Of a stretch of 64,000 nucleotides of DNA, positions 11,484-24,613 are shown piece after piece. Positions within the stretch are counted from its first letter, which is position 1, and every line of letters starts with the position of its first letter. Source of the stretch: an uncultured Methylomirabilota bacterium (GTDB taxonomy: Bacteria > Methylomirabilota > Methylomirabilia > Methylomirabilales > 2-02-FULL-66-22); NCBI GenBank assembly GCA_963705305.1, contig OY970067.1, positions 4,480,001 through 4,544,000 of the forward strand, read 5' to 3'. A model generated the notes under the pieces. The model saw nothing but the letters and a program-made list of their open reading frames with translations, made no database searches and was not told the origin of the DNA. Both the position numbers and the translations under genes were made by a program.

Positions 11484-12275
11484 TCACACCCAGCCGAGCC
11501 ACGCCAGCCCGTACAGGACCGGACCCGCGAAGATCACGCTGTCCAGGCGATCCAGAACGCCTCCGTGGCCGGGAATCAGGCCCCCGCTGTCCTTGACGCC
11601 GGCGGCCCGCTTGACTGCCGATTCGCACAGGTCGCCCAGCATGCCGGCGACGGCCAGGACGAGCCCGATCAGGATGGCGTGTCCCCAGGCAAAACGCGGC
11701 CAGATCCATGGCCTGCCTAGCGCCGCCGCCGCCACCGTCGCCGCCGCGCCTCCCAGGGCCCCTTCGACCGTTTTCTTGGGGCTGAGCCGCGGGGCCAGCG
11801 GGTGCCTGCCCAGGGCTCTCCCCACGTAGAAGGCCCCCGTGTCTCCCGCCCACGTCGTCAGGGCCAGGAAAAAAATGAACTGCCGCCCGTCCGGCAGGTC
11901 CCGCAGCAGCGCCACGCTGCCCAGCAGGCCGCCGGCATAGGCCGTCCCCAGGACCAGCCAGGCCGCCCGCTGCACGCCCGTCCCGAACTCGGCCCGTCCC
12001 AGGGCGCCCCACAGCAACGCCCCAACCACGAGGACGGCCGCCACGACGGCCACCCCGTCCCGGAGCATGGCCGCCTGCCAGGCCACGGCCGCCAGCGCCG
12101 TCGATATCCGAAGCGCCGGCCGGTCGCCGGCCGGGCAGAGCCCGGCAAACTCCCAGGCCGCCAACGCCACGGCGAGACCGATCAGCAGGCTGAACTGGAA
12201 GGGGGAGCCGAACTGGACCAGCAGCAGGAATGGCACGACGAGAACTACGGCGCTCTGTATGCGTTGGCGTTGCAT
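11484..12275 (-). CDS. cdsA: Phosphatidate cytidylyltransferase
   Basis: DTGAFYVG, SPKKTVEG, GDLCESAVKR, KDSGGLIPGHGGVLDRLDS; start placed at MQRQR. Confidence 0.95.
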   Translation of the reverse strand: MQRQRIQSAVVLVVPFLLLVQFGSPFQFSLLIGLAVALAAWEFAGLCPAGDRPALRISTALAAVAWQAAMLRDGVAVVAAVLVVGALLWGALGRAEFGTGVQRAAWLVLGTAYAGGLLGSVALLRDLPDGRQFIFFLALTTWAGDTGAFYVGRALGRHPLAPRLSPKKTVEGALGGAAATVAAAALGRPWIWPRFAWGHAILIGLVLAVAGMLGDLCESAVKRAAGVKDSGGLIPGHGGVLDRLDSVIFAGPVLYGLAWLGWV

Positions 12276-12327
12276 CGTCTCGTCGTCCGCCAGGCCGAAC
12301 CCCGCCCTGACCCGAAAGACCCCTTGA

Positions 12328-12411
12328 ATCGCCATGACGCCAAGATCACCCCTTTCAATTTCGAACTTCGAGCTTCGAAATTCGAATTTTCCCCTGGCGC
12401 CTTGGCGGTGA
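12328..12411. repeat. REP-like element (CCGCCAAGRCGCCAAG family) enclosing a heptamer tandem array
   Basis: Imperfect inverted arms ATCGCCATGACGCCAAG / CCTGGCGCCTTGGCGGTGA around TTTCAAT-TTCGAAC-TTCGAGC-TTCGAAA-TTCGAAT (12353-12387). Confidence 0.7.
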
Positions 12412-12429
12412 GGTTCCTTCGGATTGGGG

Positions 12430-12984
12430 CTAGAACTCCATGATCTCTTTTTCCTTCTTCGCCAGGAGGTCGTCCAGCCCCTTGATCATGCGGTTCGTCA
12501 ACTCCTGGATCTGGTCGGCCCCCTTGCGGGCGTCGTCCTCGGAGATCTGCTTGTTCTTCTCCTGCTTCTTCAGGGAGTCATTGGCGTCCCGCCGCAGGTT
12601 CCGGATCGCCACGCGGCCCTCTTCGGCCATCTTCCGGACGACCTTCACCAACTCCTTCCGGCGCTCTTCCGTGAGCGGCGGCACGGCCAGACGGATCAGC
12701 TTGCCGTCGTTGTTGGGTGTGATCCCCAGATCCGACTTCAGGATGGCCTTCTCGATGGCCGAGACCGCCGAGGGGTCCCACGACTGGATCGTGAGCAACC
12801 GGGGCTCGGGCGCCGCCAGGCTCGCCACCTGGTTGAGGGGCGTCAGGGTGCCGTGGTAGTCGACCTGGATGCCCTCCAGCAGCGCCACCGAGGCGCGACC
12901 CGTCCGGACGCCGTTGAATCCCTTGAGGGCGGCCTCCAGGGCATGCTTCATTTCCTGCTCGGTCTTGCGGATGACATCCTGCAT
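12430..12984 (-). CDS. frr: Ribosome recycling factor
   Basis: RTGRAS, LTEERRKELVK, RVAIRNLRRD. Confidence 0.98.
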   Translation of the reverse strand: MQDVIRKTEQEMKHALEAALKGFNGVRTGRASVALLEGIQVDYHGTLTPLNQVASLAAPEPRLLTIQSWDPSAVSAIEKAILKSDLGITPNNDGKLIRLAVPPLTEERRKELVKVVRKMAEEGRVAIRNLRRDANDSLKKQEKNKQISEDDARKGADQIQELTNRMIKGLDDLLAKKEKEIMEF

Positions 12985-12990
12985 GATCGC

Positions 12991-14658
<1,668 letters not shown>

Positions 14659-14662
<4 letters not shown>

Positions 14663-15480
14663 GCGGACTCCTTGTGTGTGTCGGGATCGGAAATCGGCGG
14701 GACCGGCGCCGCAGCGGGCGCCCCGCCGCCCGCCGCCGGGGCTGCGCCGGCCAGCATGGCCTGCTCCATCTCCGTCTCGGCCAAGCCGGCCTTGGCGGCC
14801 TGCCCCCGTCCCTCGATCACAGCGTCGGCCAGCCGCGAAGTGATCAGCCGGATGGCGCGAATGGCATCGTCGTTGCCCGGGATGGGGTAATCCACCTCGT
14901 CCGGATCGCAGTTGGTGTCCACCACCGCCACCACCGGGATGGCCAGCCGCCGGGCCTCCCGCACGGCGATCCGCTCTTTCTTGGGGTCGATGACGAAAAC
15001 GGCGCCCGGGAGCTGCTCCATGCCCTTGATGCCCACCAGGGCGTTGTTGAGCTTTTCCATCTCCCGCTCCAGGCGGAGGACTTCCTTCTTGGAGAAGGCC
15101 TCGAACTTGCCGGTCGCCTTCATGTCCTCCAGGAGCTTCAGCCGGGAGATGCTCTTGGTGATGGTCTGGAAGTTCGTCAGCGTGCCCCCCAGCCAGCGGC
15201 GGTTGACGTAGAACATGCCGGCCCGCCCCGCCTCTTCCTGCACGGCGTCCGCGGCCTGCTTTTTCGTCCCGACGAACAGGACGGTCTCCGCCCGCGCCGC
15301 CAGATCGCGCAGGAACTCCTCGGCCTCCTGGAACCGCCTCAGGGTTTTCTGTAGGTCGATGATGTAGATGCCGTTCCGCTCGCCGAACAGGAACTTCTTC
15401 ATTTTCGGGTTCCAGCGCTTGGTCTGGTGCCCGAAGTGGACGCCCGCCTCCAGCAACTCCTTGATGCTCATCCCGCTCAT
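14659..15480 (-). CDS. rpsB: 30S ribosomal protein S2
   Basis: [45 protein letters not shown]. Confidence 0.98.
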
Positions 15481-15580
15481 CCGACGCCTCCTTCCGGGTT
15501 GTTCCGCCGCGCGCTTCATGCCGCGGCAGCGCCCCGCCCCCCGGCGGGACACCCCTGCCGCGCTCTGCGCGCGTGTGAAA
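15481..15580 (-). ncRNA. rpsB leader (t44-like S2 autoregulatory RNA)
   Basis: Directly 5' of rpsB: CACACGCGCGC...GGGGTG...GCGCGCGG...AACCC, a long stem carrying the GGGU motif typical of t44. Confidence 0.65.
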
Positions 15581-15610
15581 TAGGCTTGCCGCGACGGCAA
15601 GCCGTTGTCT

Positions 15611-15640
15611 TTTATATCATAGCGCTCGCAAAACCGGCAA
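15611..15640 (-). promoter_or_regulatory. Putative sigma70 promoter of rpsB-tsf
   Basis: TTGCCG-N18-TATAAA with extended -10 TG. Confidence 0.5.
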
Positions 15641-15674
15641 GCGCTTTCCCGGCGCGCCGGGCACCCATCCACTC

Positions 15675-15691
15675 ACCGCCAAGACGCCAAG
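15675..15691 (+). repeat. REP-like arm ACCGCCAAGACGCCAAG
   Basis: Same motif as at 12328-12411 and 49105-49252. Confidence 0.6.
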
Positions 15692-15721
15692 AGAACTGTC
15701 TGGAACGGACAGAACCCTCAG

Positions 15722-15933
15722 CAGGCCACCGAAATACCCGTTTCGCCCAGGCTGCTCAAAAAGGCCCAGATGTCCCTCGACATCGCTCGGGACCGTGAGC
15801 CTGTCGAACGGCAAGGCGGCGTCACCCATCCTAAGGGATGGGTACCCGGCGAGGTGCGAGGCGTACCTCGCTCGTACGTTACAGCGCCGCGCGAGCGCGC
15901 CAACGCTGCAGATGGGCCTTTTTCAGCGGCCTG
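15722..15933 (-). mobile_element. MITE copy 1 (CAGGCTGCTGAAAA-ended family)
   Basis: Contains AGGCTGCTCAAAAAGGCCCAGATG...CAGATGGGCCTTTTTCAGCGGCCTG; abuts the argJ TAA stop. Confidence 0.8.
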
Positions 15934-17160
15934 TTAGGTCCGGTATCCGGCGTTGATCCGCACGTAGGCCTCGCTCAGGTCCGTGGTCCAGAGGCGGGCC
16001 GCCCCGCGCCCCGCCTGAAGGTCGACGACCAGGGCGAACTCGTCCTGTGCCAGCCGCTGATTTGCCGCCTCCTCGGCAGCCGTCCCCAGACTCATCCCCC
16101 GGCGCACCACGGGGAGCTCGTCGACGAACAGCGCCACCGCGGCCGGATCGAAGTGGGCCCCCGAGCGGCCCAGGGCCGCCATCACCCGGCCCCAGTTCAT
16201 GTCCGCTCCGAAGAGCGTCGTCTTGACCAACGGGGAGTTGGCGACCGTCTCCGCCGCCCGTCGCGCCTCCCGCGCGCTGCGGGCCCCCCGCACCCGGACC
16301 TCGACCAGCTTGGTGGCCCCCTCGCCGTCGCGGGCGAGCATCTTGGCCAGGCTGAGGCAGACCAGCTCCAGCGCCTGTTGAAACGTGCGGAACCCCGCCG
16401 TTCCCCGGCGGAGCGGCGGCGCCCCCGCCGCTCCCGTGGCGAAGCAGAGGAGCGTGTCGTTGGTGCTGGTGTCCCCGTCCACGGTGATACAATTGAAGGA
16501 CTGCTTCACCGCCCGGCCCAGGGCCATCTGGAGATCGGCCGGCCCGACCGCGGCGTCGGTGGCCACGACGGCCAGCAGCGTCGCCATGCAGGGCGCGAGC
16601 ATCCCCGAGCCCTTGGCCATGCCCCCGACTCGCACCTCGCGGGGCCCCACGGCAAAGGCAACGGCGGCCTCCTTGGAGACGGTGTCGGTGGTGAGGATGG
16701 CGCGGGCCGCCTCGGCCCCTCCATCGGGCGCCAGCCGCTTCGACGCCGACCGGATGCCCGCCCGGATCGCAGCCATATCCAGGGTCCGTCCGATCACTCC
16801 CGTGGACGCCACGAAGACCTGCCCGGCCGGCCGGCCGAGCGCGCGGGCCGCCTCGCGGCACGTGGCCTCGGCATCCCGCAGCCCCTGCGAGCCCGTGCAG
16901 GCATTGGCATTGCCACTGTTCAAAACCATGGCGGCGAACCGGCCCCCGCGCAGCCGGCGCCGCGACACGATGACGGGGGCGGCCTGCACCCGATTGGTCG
17001 TGAAGACGGCGGCGACTGTCGCCGGACGATCGGACACCACCAGCGCCAGATCCGGCTGGCGGTTCTTCTTCAGGCCGCAGGCCACGCCCGCCGCACGCAC
17101 GCCGGCCACCGCCGACAGACCTCCGGGAATGCCGAAGAGGCAGACATCTTTGCGCGCCAT
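15934..17160 (-). CDS. argJ: Ornithine acetyltransferase / glutamate N-acetyltransferase
   Basis: NSGNANACTG, STGVIG, GMAKGSGM, DGDTSTNDT, DGEGATK. Confidence 0.97.
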   Translation of the reverse strand: MARKDVCLFGIPGGLSAVAGVRAAGVACGLKKNRQPDLALVVSDRPATVAAVFTTNRVQAAPVIVSRRRLRGGRFAAMVLNSGNANACTGSQGLRDAEATCREAARALGRPAGQVFVASTGVIGRTLDMAAIRAGIRSASKRLAPDGGAEAARAILTTDTVSKEAAVAFAVGPREVRVGGMAKGSGMLAPCMATLLAVVATDAAVGPADLQMALGRAVKQSFNCITVDGDTSTNDTLLCFATGAAGAPPLRRGTAGFRTFQQALELVCLSLAKMLARDGEGATKLVEVRVRGARSAREARRAAETVANSPLVKTTLFGADMNWGRVMAALGRSGAHFDPAAVALFVDELPVVRRGMSLGTAAEEAANQRLAQDEFALVVDLQAGRGAARLWTTDLSEAYVRINAGYRT

Positions 17161-17173
17161 ACCACTCTCCTAG

Positions 17174-17342
17174 CACGCTGCTGAAAAAGGCCCACCTGCC
17201 GCGTTGCACCCCTCCCGTGGCGCTGCGGCGTACGCTAAGTACGCCTCCGACCCACCTCCGGTGGGTACCCCGCGGATCGGGCTGCGTCTTGCATCTGGAC
17301 CTTTTTGAGCAGCCTGACCGAAAATAAGTTTTCAGCAGCCTG
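17174..17342 (+). mobile_element. MITE copy 2 flanked by CTAG direct repeats
   Basis: CTAG|CACGCTGCTGAAAA...TTTTCAGCAGCCTG|CTAG; termini match at 13/14. Confidence 0.85.
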
Positions 17343-17371
17343 CTAGAGGAGGCCGCCCCCCGCAGGCGGCA

Positions 17372-18446
17372 TCACGGAAACAAGCCGGGCAGCCAGAGTC
17401 CGGCCTGCTCTTCCAGACCCGCCATGAGATTCAAGCACTGCACCGCCTGGCCGGAGGCCCCCTTGACCAGATTATCGATCGCCGTCACGATGATCGCCCG
17501 CCCGGTGCGCGGGTCCGAGACCGCTCCGACATCGCACAGGTTCGAGTGCAGAACGTGCTTCGTCTCGGGGAGCCGCCCCTCCTCCAGGATCCGCACAAAC
17601 GGCCGTCCCCGGTAGAAATCCCGAAAGATCGCCAGCAGATCCGCCGTCGAGCGCCGGCTCTGGAGCGAGGCCGTGATGGTGGTGAGGATGCCCCGGGTCA
17701 GCGGCGCCAGATGGGGGGTAAAGGTCACCGTGACCGCGCGCCGGGCGAGACGGCTCATCTCCTGCTCGATCTCCGGCGTGTGGCGGTGCCTGGCCACGCC
17801 GTACGCCTTGAGGTTCTCGTTGGCTTCGGAGAAATGGGTCGCCAGCTCGGCCTTGCGCCCGGCCCCGGAGACCCCCGAGATCGAGTCGATGATCACCGAG
17901 TCCACATCCACGACCCCGCCGTGAATCAGGGGGGCGAGGCCCAACAGGGCCCCCGTGGGATAGCAGCCGGGGACTGCTACCAGTCCGGCGGCGGCGATCT
18001 CCTCGCGGTGCAGCTCGGCCAGGCCGTAGACCGCGTCCTGCAGCAGGTGGGGCGCGGCATGCTCCATCCCGTACCAGGCCGGATAGGCAGCCGGATCCTT
18101 CAGCCGGAAGTCGGCGCTGAGATCCAGCACCCGCACGCCCCGCCCGACGAGATCCGCCCCTACCGCCATGGACGTTCTTGTGGGGCAGGGCCAGGAAGAC
18201 GAAATCCGCCTGGGCGGCCAGGGCGGCCGGGTCCAGCGGAAGACAGGGCAGATCCAAGAATCCGGTCAGGCTGGGAAAGACTCCCGCGATGGGTTGGTTG
18301 GCGTGCGTATCCGCCGTCAGCGCCATCACGCGGGCCGCCGGGTGCCGGAGGAGCAGCCGGAGCAGCTCGACGCCCGTGTACCCGCTGGCCCCCGCGATGG
18401 CCACGCGGACCGTCCCTTCCGATCCGGCATGCATCACCACGCTCAT
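17372..18446 (-). CDS. argC: N-acetyl-gamma-glutamyl-phosphate reductase; apparent one-base insertion at ~18175
   Basis: GASGYTG...FLALPHK in one frame, then SMAVG...DLSADFR...PGCYPT...SGVSGAG...DNLVKGASGQA in the adjacent frame; extra A in AAG-A-ACG. Confidence 0.93.
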
Positions 18447-18578
18447 CCCCCTTGCCGGCCGCCTCACCCGCGCGGCCCGGGCCGGGCCCGGGATCCTCCG
18501 GCTGGCCGGCCGGCCGGAGGGGAAAAAGAAAAAGGGAAGGACCCGCAGGCCCTTCCCTTCACCCACCGCACCGTTCGA

Positions 18579-18974
18579 TCACCGCTTCGAGAACTGGAAC
18601 CGGGCCCGGGCCCCCTTCTGACCGTATTTCTTTCGCTCTTTCACGCGGGGATCGCGCGTAAGCATGCCGGCCTTCTTCAGGCCAGATCGCATCCCGTCTT
18701 CGACGGTGAGCAGCGCCCGCGCGATGCCCAGGCGGATGGCCCCGGCCTGGCCGCTCATGCCGCCGCCGCTCACGGTGGCGATCACGTCGAACTTGCCTTC
18801 CACGCCTGCCACTTTGAGCGGCTGGGCCAGCTGCATTGTGAGTGCCTGGCGCGGAAAGAATTCCTCCACGGGGCGCTCGTTCACCCGGATGCTGCCCGGC
18901 CCCGCCTGGAGCCAGACGCGCGCCACGGACGCCTTTCGGCGCCCGGTCCCGTAATATCGCGTCGTCGATTCCAT
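18579..18974 (-). CDS. rpsI: 30S ribosomal protein S9
   Basis: [30 protein letters not shown]. Confidence 0.98.
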   Translation of the reverse strand: MESTTRYYGTGRRKASVARVWLQAGPGSIRVNERPVEEFFPRQALTMQLAQPLKVAGVEGKFDVIATVSGGGMSGQAGAIRLGIARALLTVEDGMRSGLKKAGMLTRDPRVKERKKYGQKGARARFQFSKR

Positions 18975-18995
18975 ACCCTGCGCACTCCCCTCGGG

Positions 18996-19430
18996 CTAGC
19001 TGCCACTCGCCTCCGCGCTCGGACGTTGCGCCGCGTGCGGATGGGCGGACCCTGCGTAGACCTTCAGCTTTCCGAACTGGGCGTCCCCCAGGCGGTTCTT
19101 GGGGAGCATCCCCCGGACCGCACTCTCCAGCACGCGCTCCGGCTTTTCCTGGAGGAGCTTCTCCAAGCCGATGGACTTGAGCCCGCCCGGATACTGGGAG
19201 TGGCGGTAGTAGGTCTTCTGGCCCATCTTCTTCCCGGTCACCACGACCTTCTTCGCGTTGATGACAACGACGAAGTCGCCCACGTCCGTGTGCGGAGCAA
19301 AGACCGGCTTGTCTTTTCCCCGAAGAATCCTGGCGACACGGCTGGCCAACCGCCCCAGCGTCTGCCCCTCGGCATCCACCAAGATCCAGCGCCGGGGAAT
19401 CTCTCCCGTCTTTGGTTGATACGTCTTCAT
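18996..19430 (-). CDS. rplM: 50S ribosomal protein L13
   Basis: [43 protein letters not shown]. Confidence 0.98.
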   Translation of the reverse strand: MKTYQPKTGEIPRRWILVDAEGQTLGRLASRVARILRGKDKPVFAPHTDVGDFVVVINAKKVVVTGKKMGQKTYYRHSQYPGGLKSIGLEKLLQEKPERVLESAVRGMLPKNRLGDAQFGKLKVYAGSAHPHAAQRPSAEASGS

Positions 19431-19482
19431 CACAAGGCGGCTCCTCACGCATACACGCGACAGATTGGTTGCGAACCGCGGA

Positions 19483-19511
19483 AGTATACGGGGGGCTCAC
19501 CACCTTGTCAA
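19483..19511 (-). promoter_or_regulatory. sigma70 promoter of rplM-rpsI
   Basis: TTGACA-N17-TATACT on the minus strand ~50 nt upstream of rplM. Confidence 0.85.
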
Positions 19512-19976
19512 GGATCAACTGCATTGTTTGGAAACACATCCATTTCCCCGGCCGAAGCAAGCGAGGCGTTTGCGCCTCCCCCCACTCTGGGGTACCATGC
19601 CCGCGGGGTCGAGTCGCGCGACGGTCGGGGGCTCGCAGCACCGCTTCCGCTCTGCAGCTCCGGCGATCGTGCGGGGGGGGCATCATGCAGTTCTCCACGG
19701 CGGACGTCGTCGCTCCCGTTGCGGGGGGGCGTCCGCGTCCTTTCCTTCGCCCGCCCAGCTCAGGCGCCGAGCCCCCGCAGCCGACCGCCCTCTTCATGCA
19801 GGATTCTCGCATCCGTCCCTTCCACCCGGCAGCGCCCCGTTCGGACCCCCGAGCGGGCCGGTCTCACGATAGGGCCGCGTCCCCCCGCGTCCTGCGGCTT
19901 CCGTCACGGTTGGGGAGACGCCCCGCTTCAGGATCGAGCGAAAGCTAATAAGATGACGAGCAAGAGGGAGAGATCC

Positions 19977-21155
19977 ATGGCCGACCCCGAAAAGCCGAAA
20001 AGCCCGCACGCCAGTCTGGACCGCGCCCATTTTCCGCAACTCCTGGAGGTGCTCCGCGCCAAAGGGTACGGGGTGGTGGGCCCCACCCGGCAGGACGGCG
20101 CCATCATCTACGATGTGCTGACGAGCGTGGAGGACCTTCCCATCGGCTGGACCGACGACCAGGACGCCGGCACCTACCGCCTCAAGCGGCGCGCGGACGA
20201 CCTCCTCTTCGGCTACGCCGCTGGCCCCCACTCCTGGAAGAAGTTCTTGAACCCGCCGGTGCGGCGCCTGTGGCAGGCCACGCGGCACGGCACCGCCTTC
20301 CAGATCGCCCCTGAGCAGGAGGAATCCGCGCCGCTGGCCTTCCTGGGCATCCGCCCGTGCGATCTGTACGCCCTGGCTGTCCAGGACGCGATTCTGGCCC
20401 GGGGAGCGCACCCGGATGCGCTCTACCGGGCGCGTCGGGACCGGACCTGCGTGATCGCCGTCAACTGCGGGCAGGCCGGCGGGACGTGCTTCTGCGCCTC
20501 CATGCAGACGGGTCCCAAGGCGACGACCGGCTTCGATCTGGCCCTCACCGAGGTCCGCAGCCGGGAGCGGCACGTCTTCCTCGTCGAGGTCGGAACCCCG
20601 CTGGGGGCGGAGATCCTGGAGGCGATTCCCCACGAGCCGGCCGGGGACGAGCTGCATACCGCCGCGGAACGGCTTCTCAGCAAGACCGCGAAGCAGATGG
20701 GGCGCAGCCTGGACACCGCCGACTTGCCGGCCCTCCTCTCTCGCTCCCATGACCACCCCCACTGGGAGCGGGTGGCGGCCCGCTGCCTGACCTGCGCCAA
20801 CTGCACGCTGGTCTGCCCGACCTGTTTCTGCTCCACGGTGGAGGACGTCACGGACCTCACGGGGCGGCAGGCCGAACGGCAGCAGAAGTGGGATTCCTGC
20901 TTCACCATGGATTTCTCCTACATCTATGGGGGCAGCCTGCGTTATTCGGCGGCCGCCCGCTACCGGCAGTGGCTGACCCACAAGCTGGGGACCTGGGAGG
21001 CCCAGTTCGGGACATCCGGCTGCGTGGGCTGCGGACGCTGCATCACCTGGTGTCCGGTCGGGATCGACATCACGGCGGAAGCGCGCGCCATCCGGGAGGG
21101 CGACCAGGCGGCAGCGGGAACGCGCACGAAGGCGGAGAGCCGCGGCCCGCACTGA
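19977..21155 (+). CDS. Group 3b [NiFe]-hydrogenase beta subunit (AsrA-like 4Fe-4S protein)
   Basis: [48 protein letters not shown]. Confidence 0.9.
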   Translation: MADPEKPKSPHASLDRAHFPQLLEVLRAKGYGVVGPTRQDGAIIYDVLTSVEDLPIGWTDDQDAGTYRLKRRADDLLFGYAAGPHSWKKFLNPPVRRLWQATRHGTAFQIAPEQEESAPLAFLGIRPCDLYALAVQDAILARGAHPDALYRARRDRTCVIAVNCGQAGGTCFCASMQTGPKATTGFDLALTEVRSRERHVFLVEVGTPLGAEILEAIPHEPAGDELHTAAERLLSKTAKQMGRSLDTADLPALLSRSHDHPHWERVAARCLTCANCTLVCPTCFCSTVEDVTDLTGRQAERQQKWDSCFTMDFSYIYGGSLRYSAAARYRQWLTHKLGTWEAQFGTSGCVGCGRCITWCPVGIDITAEARAIREGDQAAAGTRTKAESRGPH

Positions 21156-21315
21156 CGCGCAGACGGGAGCGTGCCCGGTCTGCCGGGTCCGCGGAGGACC
21201 ACCATCTGGGCTGTGAACTCACGACGCGGGTTGCCGGGACCGCTCGGCGGGGACCCCCGGGCCACCCCAAGGCACTTCCTGGAGCAGGACGGCGCCCAGG
21301 CCGGAAAGGGAAGCA

Positions 21316-22155
21316 ATGAACGCCTCGCACACTGATTCGATGCTGCCACGCCTCCACGTCATCGATCGGCTCCGGCAGGAAACCCCTGACACCTTCACCG
21401 TCGAGCTCACCCCCTCGGATGGCGGGGGCGGCCTCCCCTTTGCCGCCGGGCAGTTCAACATGCTCTACCTATTCGGGGTGGGCGAGATCCCCATCTCCAT
21501 CAGCGGTAACCCGAGCCAACCCAACGTGCTCGTACATACGACACGCGCCGTGGGGACGGTCACCAAGGCCATGCGGCGCCTCAAGCCGGGTGACGCGCTG
21601 GGCGTCCGCGGTCCCTTCGGTACCCACTGGCCCGTCGAGGAGGCGGCGGGCAGCGATGTGGTGATCGTCGCCGGGGGGATCGGGCTGGCCCCCCTGCGCC
21701 CGGCCCTGTACCAGCTGGTGCAGCACCGCGAGCGATACGGCAAGATCGTACTCCTCTACGGCACCCGGAGCCCGGAGGACATCCTGTACCGGCGCGAGCT
21801 GGAGCGGTGGCGGGCGAAGTTCGACCTCGACGTGTTCGTCACCGTGGATCGGGCGACGGGCCGCTGGCGGGGCAACGTCGGGCTGGTGACGACCCTGATC
21901 CCGCGCGCCCCCTTCGATCCGTCCCGGGCGGCGGTCCTGGTCTGCGGCCCGGAGGTCATGATGCGATTCACGGTGCTGGAGCTCCAGAAGCGGGGCGTGA
22001 ACGCCTCCCACATCTATCTCTCCATGGAGCGAAACATGAAGTGCGGCGTCGGCCTGTGCGGCCATTGCCAGGTCGGGCCCGTGTTCATCTGCAAGGACGG
22101 TCCGATCTTCTGCTACGAGAGGATCGAGCCGCTCTTCGGAAAGCGAGAGCTGTAA
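21316..22155 (+). CDS. Group 3b hydrogenase gamma subunit (FAD/NAD(P)-binding, AsrB-like)
   Basis: [36 protein letters not shown]...CKDGP. Confidence 0.92.
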   Translation: MNASHTDSMLPRLHVIDRLRQETPDTFTVELTPSDGGGGLPFAAGQFNMLYLFGVGEIPISISGNPSQPNVLVHTTRAVGTVTKAMRRLKPGDALGVRGPFGTHWPVEEAAGSDVVIVAGGIGLAPLRPALYQLVQHRERYGKIVLLYGTRSPEDILYRRELERWRAKFDLDVFVTVDRATGRWRGNVGLVTTLIPRAPFDPSRAAVLVCGPEVMMRFTVLELQKRGVNASHIYLSMERNMKCGVGLCGHCQVGPVFICKDGPIFCYERIEPLFGKREL

Positions 22156-22156
22156 C

Positions 22157-22936
22157 ATGGAGCGAACCCGGAAACCCAAACTGGCCGTGTGGAAATTCGC
22201 CTCCTGTGACGGCTGCCAGTTGAGCCTCCTGGACTGCGAGGACGAGCTGCTGGCGGTCGCCGGCGCGGTGGAGATCGCCAATTTTCCCGAGGCCTCCAGC
22301 GCGGTGGCCCGCGGCCCCTACGACCTGTCCCTGGTCGAGGGCTCCATCACCACGCCGCACGATGCGGAGCGCATTCACCAGGTGCGACGCGCCTCCAAGG
22401 TGCTGGTAACCATCGGGGCCTGCGCCACCGCCGGCGGCATCCAGGCGCTTCGCAACTTCGCCGCCGTCAAGGACTACGTGGCCGCCGTCTACCCCACCCC
22501 CGCCTACATCGAGACGCTCAACAAGTCCACCCCCATCGCCGACCACGTCTTCGTGGATTTCGAGCTGCGGGGATGCCCCATCAACAAACTGCAACTGGTC
22601 GAGGTGCTGAGCGCGTTCCTGCACAATCGCAAGCCGAACACCCCCGCCTACAGCGTGTGCGCCGAGTGCAAGCGCCGGGGAACCGTCTGCGTCATGGTGA
22701 CCGACGGGGCGGTCTGCCTGGGGCCGGCGACGCACGCCGGCTGCGGGGCCATCTGCCCCGCCTACCGGCGCGGCTGCTACGGCTGCTTCGGCCCCAAGGA
22801 GACGCCCAACCCGGCCTCCCTGAGCGCCTGGTGGACCGAGCGGGGCCTGGCGCGAGAGGACCTCGTGCGCACCTTCCGCGGCTTCAACGCCTATGCCGAG
22901 CCATTCCGCAGGGAGAGCGAAGCCCATGAAAAGTAA
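22157..22936 (+). CDS. Group 3b hydrogenase delta (small) subunit
   Basis: [26 protein letters not shown]...CYGC. Confidence 0.92.
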   Translation: MERTRKPKLAVWKFASCDGCQLSLLDCEDELLAVAGAVEIANFPEASSAVARGPYDLSLVEGSITTPHDAERIHQVRRASKVLVTIGACATAGGIQALRNFAAVKDYVAAVYPTPAYIETLNKSTPIADHVFVDFELRGCPINKLQLVEVLSAFLHNRKPNTPAYSVCAECKRRGTVCVMVTDGAVCLGPATHAGCGAICPAYRRGCYGCFGPKETPNPASLSAWWTERGLAREDLVRTFRGFNAYAEPFRRESEAHEK

Positions 22937-24215
22937 AACGATCAAGGTCGATTACCTGGCGCGCGTCGAGGGCGAAGGCGGGCTGACCATCAAGATGAAG
23001 GGCCGCAGTGTGGCGGACGTCAAGCTGCGGATCTTCGAGCCCCCGCGCCTCTTCGAGGCGTTCCTGCGGGGCCGCCGCTTCGGGGAGGCGCCCGATATCA
23101 CCGCCCGCATCTGTGGGATCTGTCCCATCGCCTACCAGATGAGCTCCGTGCACGCCATGGAGGATGCCTTCGGGGTGACGGTGAGCGGCCCCCTGCGGGC
23201 GCTGCGCCGGCTGATCTATTGCGGCGAATGGATCGAGAGCCACGTCCTGCACGTGGCCATGCTGCATGCCCCGGACTTCCTCGGCTATCCCGACGCCCTG
23301 CAGATGGCCAAGGATCACCCCGCCGCCGTCCAGCAGGCGCTGCAGCTGAAGAAGGTCGGCAACGATCTGGTGGCCCTGCTGGGCGGCCGGGAGATCCACC
23401 CCATCAACGTCAAGGTCGGGGGATTCTACCGCGTGCCCAGGAAGGGGGAGCTCCTGCCGCTGGCGGAGCGATTGAAGTGGGGAGTCGAGGCGGCCGAGGC
23501 GCTTGTCCGCTGGACCGGCGGGCTGCCCTTCCCGCAGTTCGAGCGGGACTACGAGTTCGTGGCCCTGCGCCATCCGGACGAGTATCCCTTCAACGAGGGC
23601 CGGGTCGTCTCCAGCCAGGGCCTCGACATCGCCATCCGGGATTTCCTGACCGAGTTTGCCGAGGAGCACGTCCCGCACTCCACGGCCCTGCACGCCGTGG
23701 TACGGAAGAGAGGGGCTTACGCGGTCGGCCCGCTGGCCCGCTACAACCTCAATTTCGACCGGCTGACCCCCAGGGCGCAGGAGGCCGCCCGCGCCGCCGG
23801 CCTGTCCCCGGTCTGCCGCAACCCCTTCCAAGGCATCGTCGTACGCAGCGTGGAGACCCTCTACGCCTGCGAGGAAGCCCTGCGGATCATCGGCGAGTAC
23901 GAGATGCCCGACGCACCCGCCGTGGCCATCCAGCCCCGCGCCGGCGTCGGGTCGGGGTGCACCGAGGCCCCGCGTGGAATCTTGTACCACCGCTACAGCC
24001 TGGACAGCGCGGGGGTGATCCTGGAGGCCCGCATCGTCCCGCCGACCGCCCAGAACCAGCGGACGATCGAGCACGACCTTCGGGAGTTCGTTCCCACCTG
24101 CGCCGACCTCCCGCAGGACGAGCTGACCAGAAAGTGCGAGCTGGCGATCCGGAACTACGACCCGTGCATCTCCTGCTCGGCGCACGCGCTGAGGGTTCGC
24201 CTGGACCGGGAGTGA
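22926..24215 (+). CDS. Group 3b [NiFe]-hydrogenase alpha (large) subunit
   Basis: RVEGEG, L1 RICGIC, L2 DPCISCSAH plus cleavable tail. Confidence 0.93.
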   Translation: MKSKTIKVDYLARVEGEGGLTIKMKGRSVADVKLRIFEPPRLFEAFLRGRRFGEAPDITARICGICPIAYQMSSVHAMEDAFGVTVSGPLRALRRLIYCGEWIESHVLHVAMLHAPDFLGYPDALQMAKDHPAAVQQALQLKKVGNDLVALLGGREIHPINVKVGGFYRVPRKGELLPLAERLKWGVEAAEALVRWTGGLPFPQFERDYEFVALRHPDEYPFNEGRVVSSQGLDIAIRDFLTEFAEEHVPHSTALHAVVRKRGAYAVGPLARYNLNFDRLTPRAQEAARAAGLSPVCRNPFQGIVVRSVETLYACEEALRIIGEYEMPDAPAVAIQPRAGVGSGCTEAPRGILYHRYSLDSAGVILEARIVPPTAQNQRTIEHDLREFVPTCADLPQDELTRKCELAIRNYDPCISCSAHALRVRLDRE

Positions 24216-24452
24216 GCCGGATCACCTGCATGCCCGGGTTCCCCCTCCGCCCTGTCCCCGTTCGGCCCGGCAATCGGTCGCGCCGCGCGGGGGCGGGGCG
24301 GGCCGATCACGTCCGCCACATCCCCCCACCCTGCCTGGCGTAGGCAAGGCTCGCCGCCCTGTTGGAATCCTTCGCCGTTCCCGGCCCCACGGGAGGGCCG
24401 CAGTCCGCTTGCATGGCACTCCCAACGATTGTGCCGAGCGGGTGTTTTCGCC

Positions 24453-24613
24453 TTGACAGCGCGGCCGCATTTCAACTAGCGTGTCGCCCGAAGCTTCGGG
24501 CTCTCTGTCGATCGGGGGACCGTATATGCCGAGCGAGATCAGACGTTTCGGCAGGGCACAGGCGAGGCCCTCTGGAGAGGACGTCTAGTACGTCTCCTCA
24601 GAGGGCTTTTTTT
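24453..24613 (+). promoter_or_regulatory. Putative promoter and structured leader ending in an intrinsic terminator (possible attenuator)
   Basis: TTGACA-N18-TAGCGT; hairpins at 24486-24501 and 24527-24553; GCCCTCTG...CAGAGGGC-T7 at 24567-24613, ~70 nt before the first gene. Confidence 0.55.

Noticed and set aside
12353..12387. CRISPR array
   Set aside because: Heptamer tandem with no spacers; no CRISPR repeats or cas genes seen in the window
18168..19976. N-terminal ~600 aa of the 995-aa ORF 18168..21155
   Set aside because: It is antisense to argC/rpsI/rplM with no recognisable motifs; the real gene starts at 19977 after an RBS
21156..21315. cNMP-binding gene often found between the 3b beta and gamma subunits
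   Set aside because: The 160-bp gap has no convincing ORF or remnant
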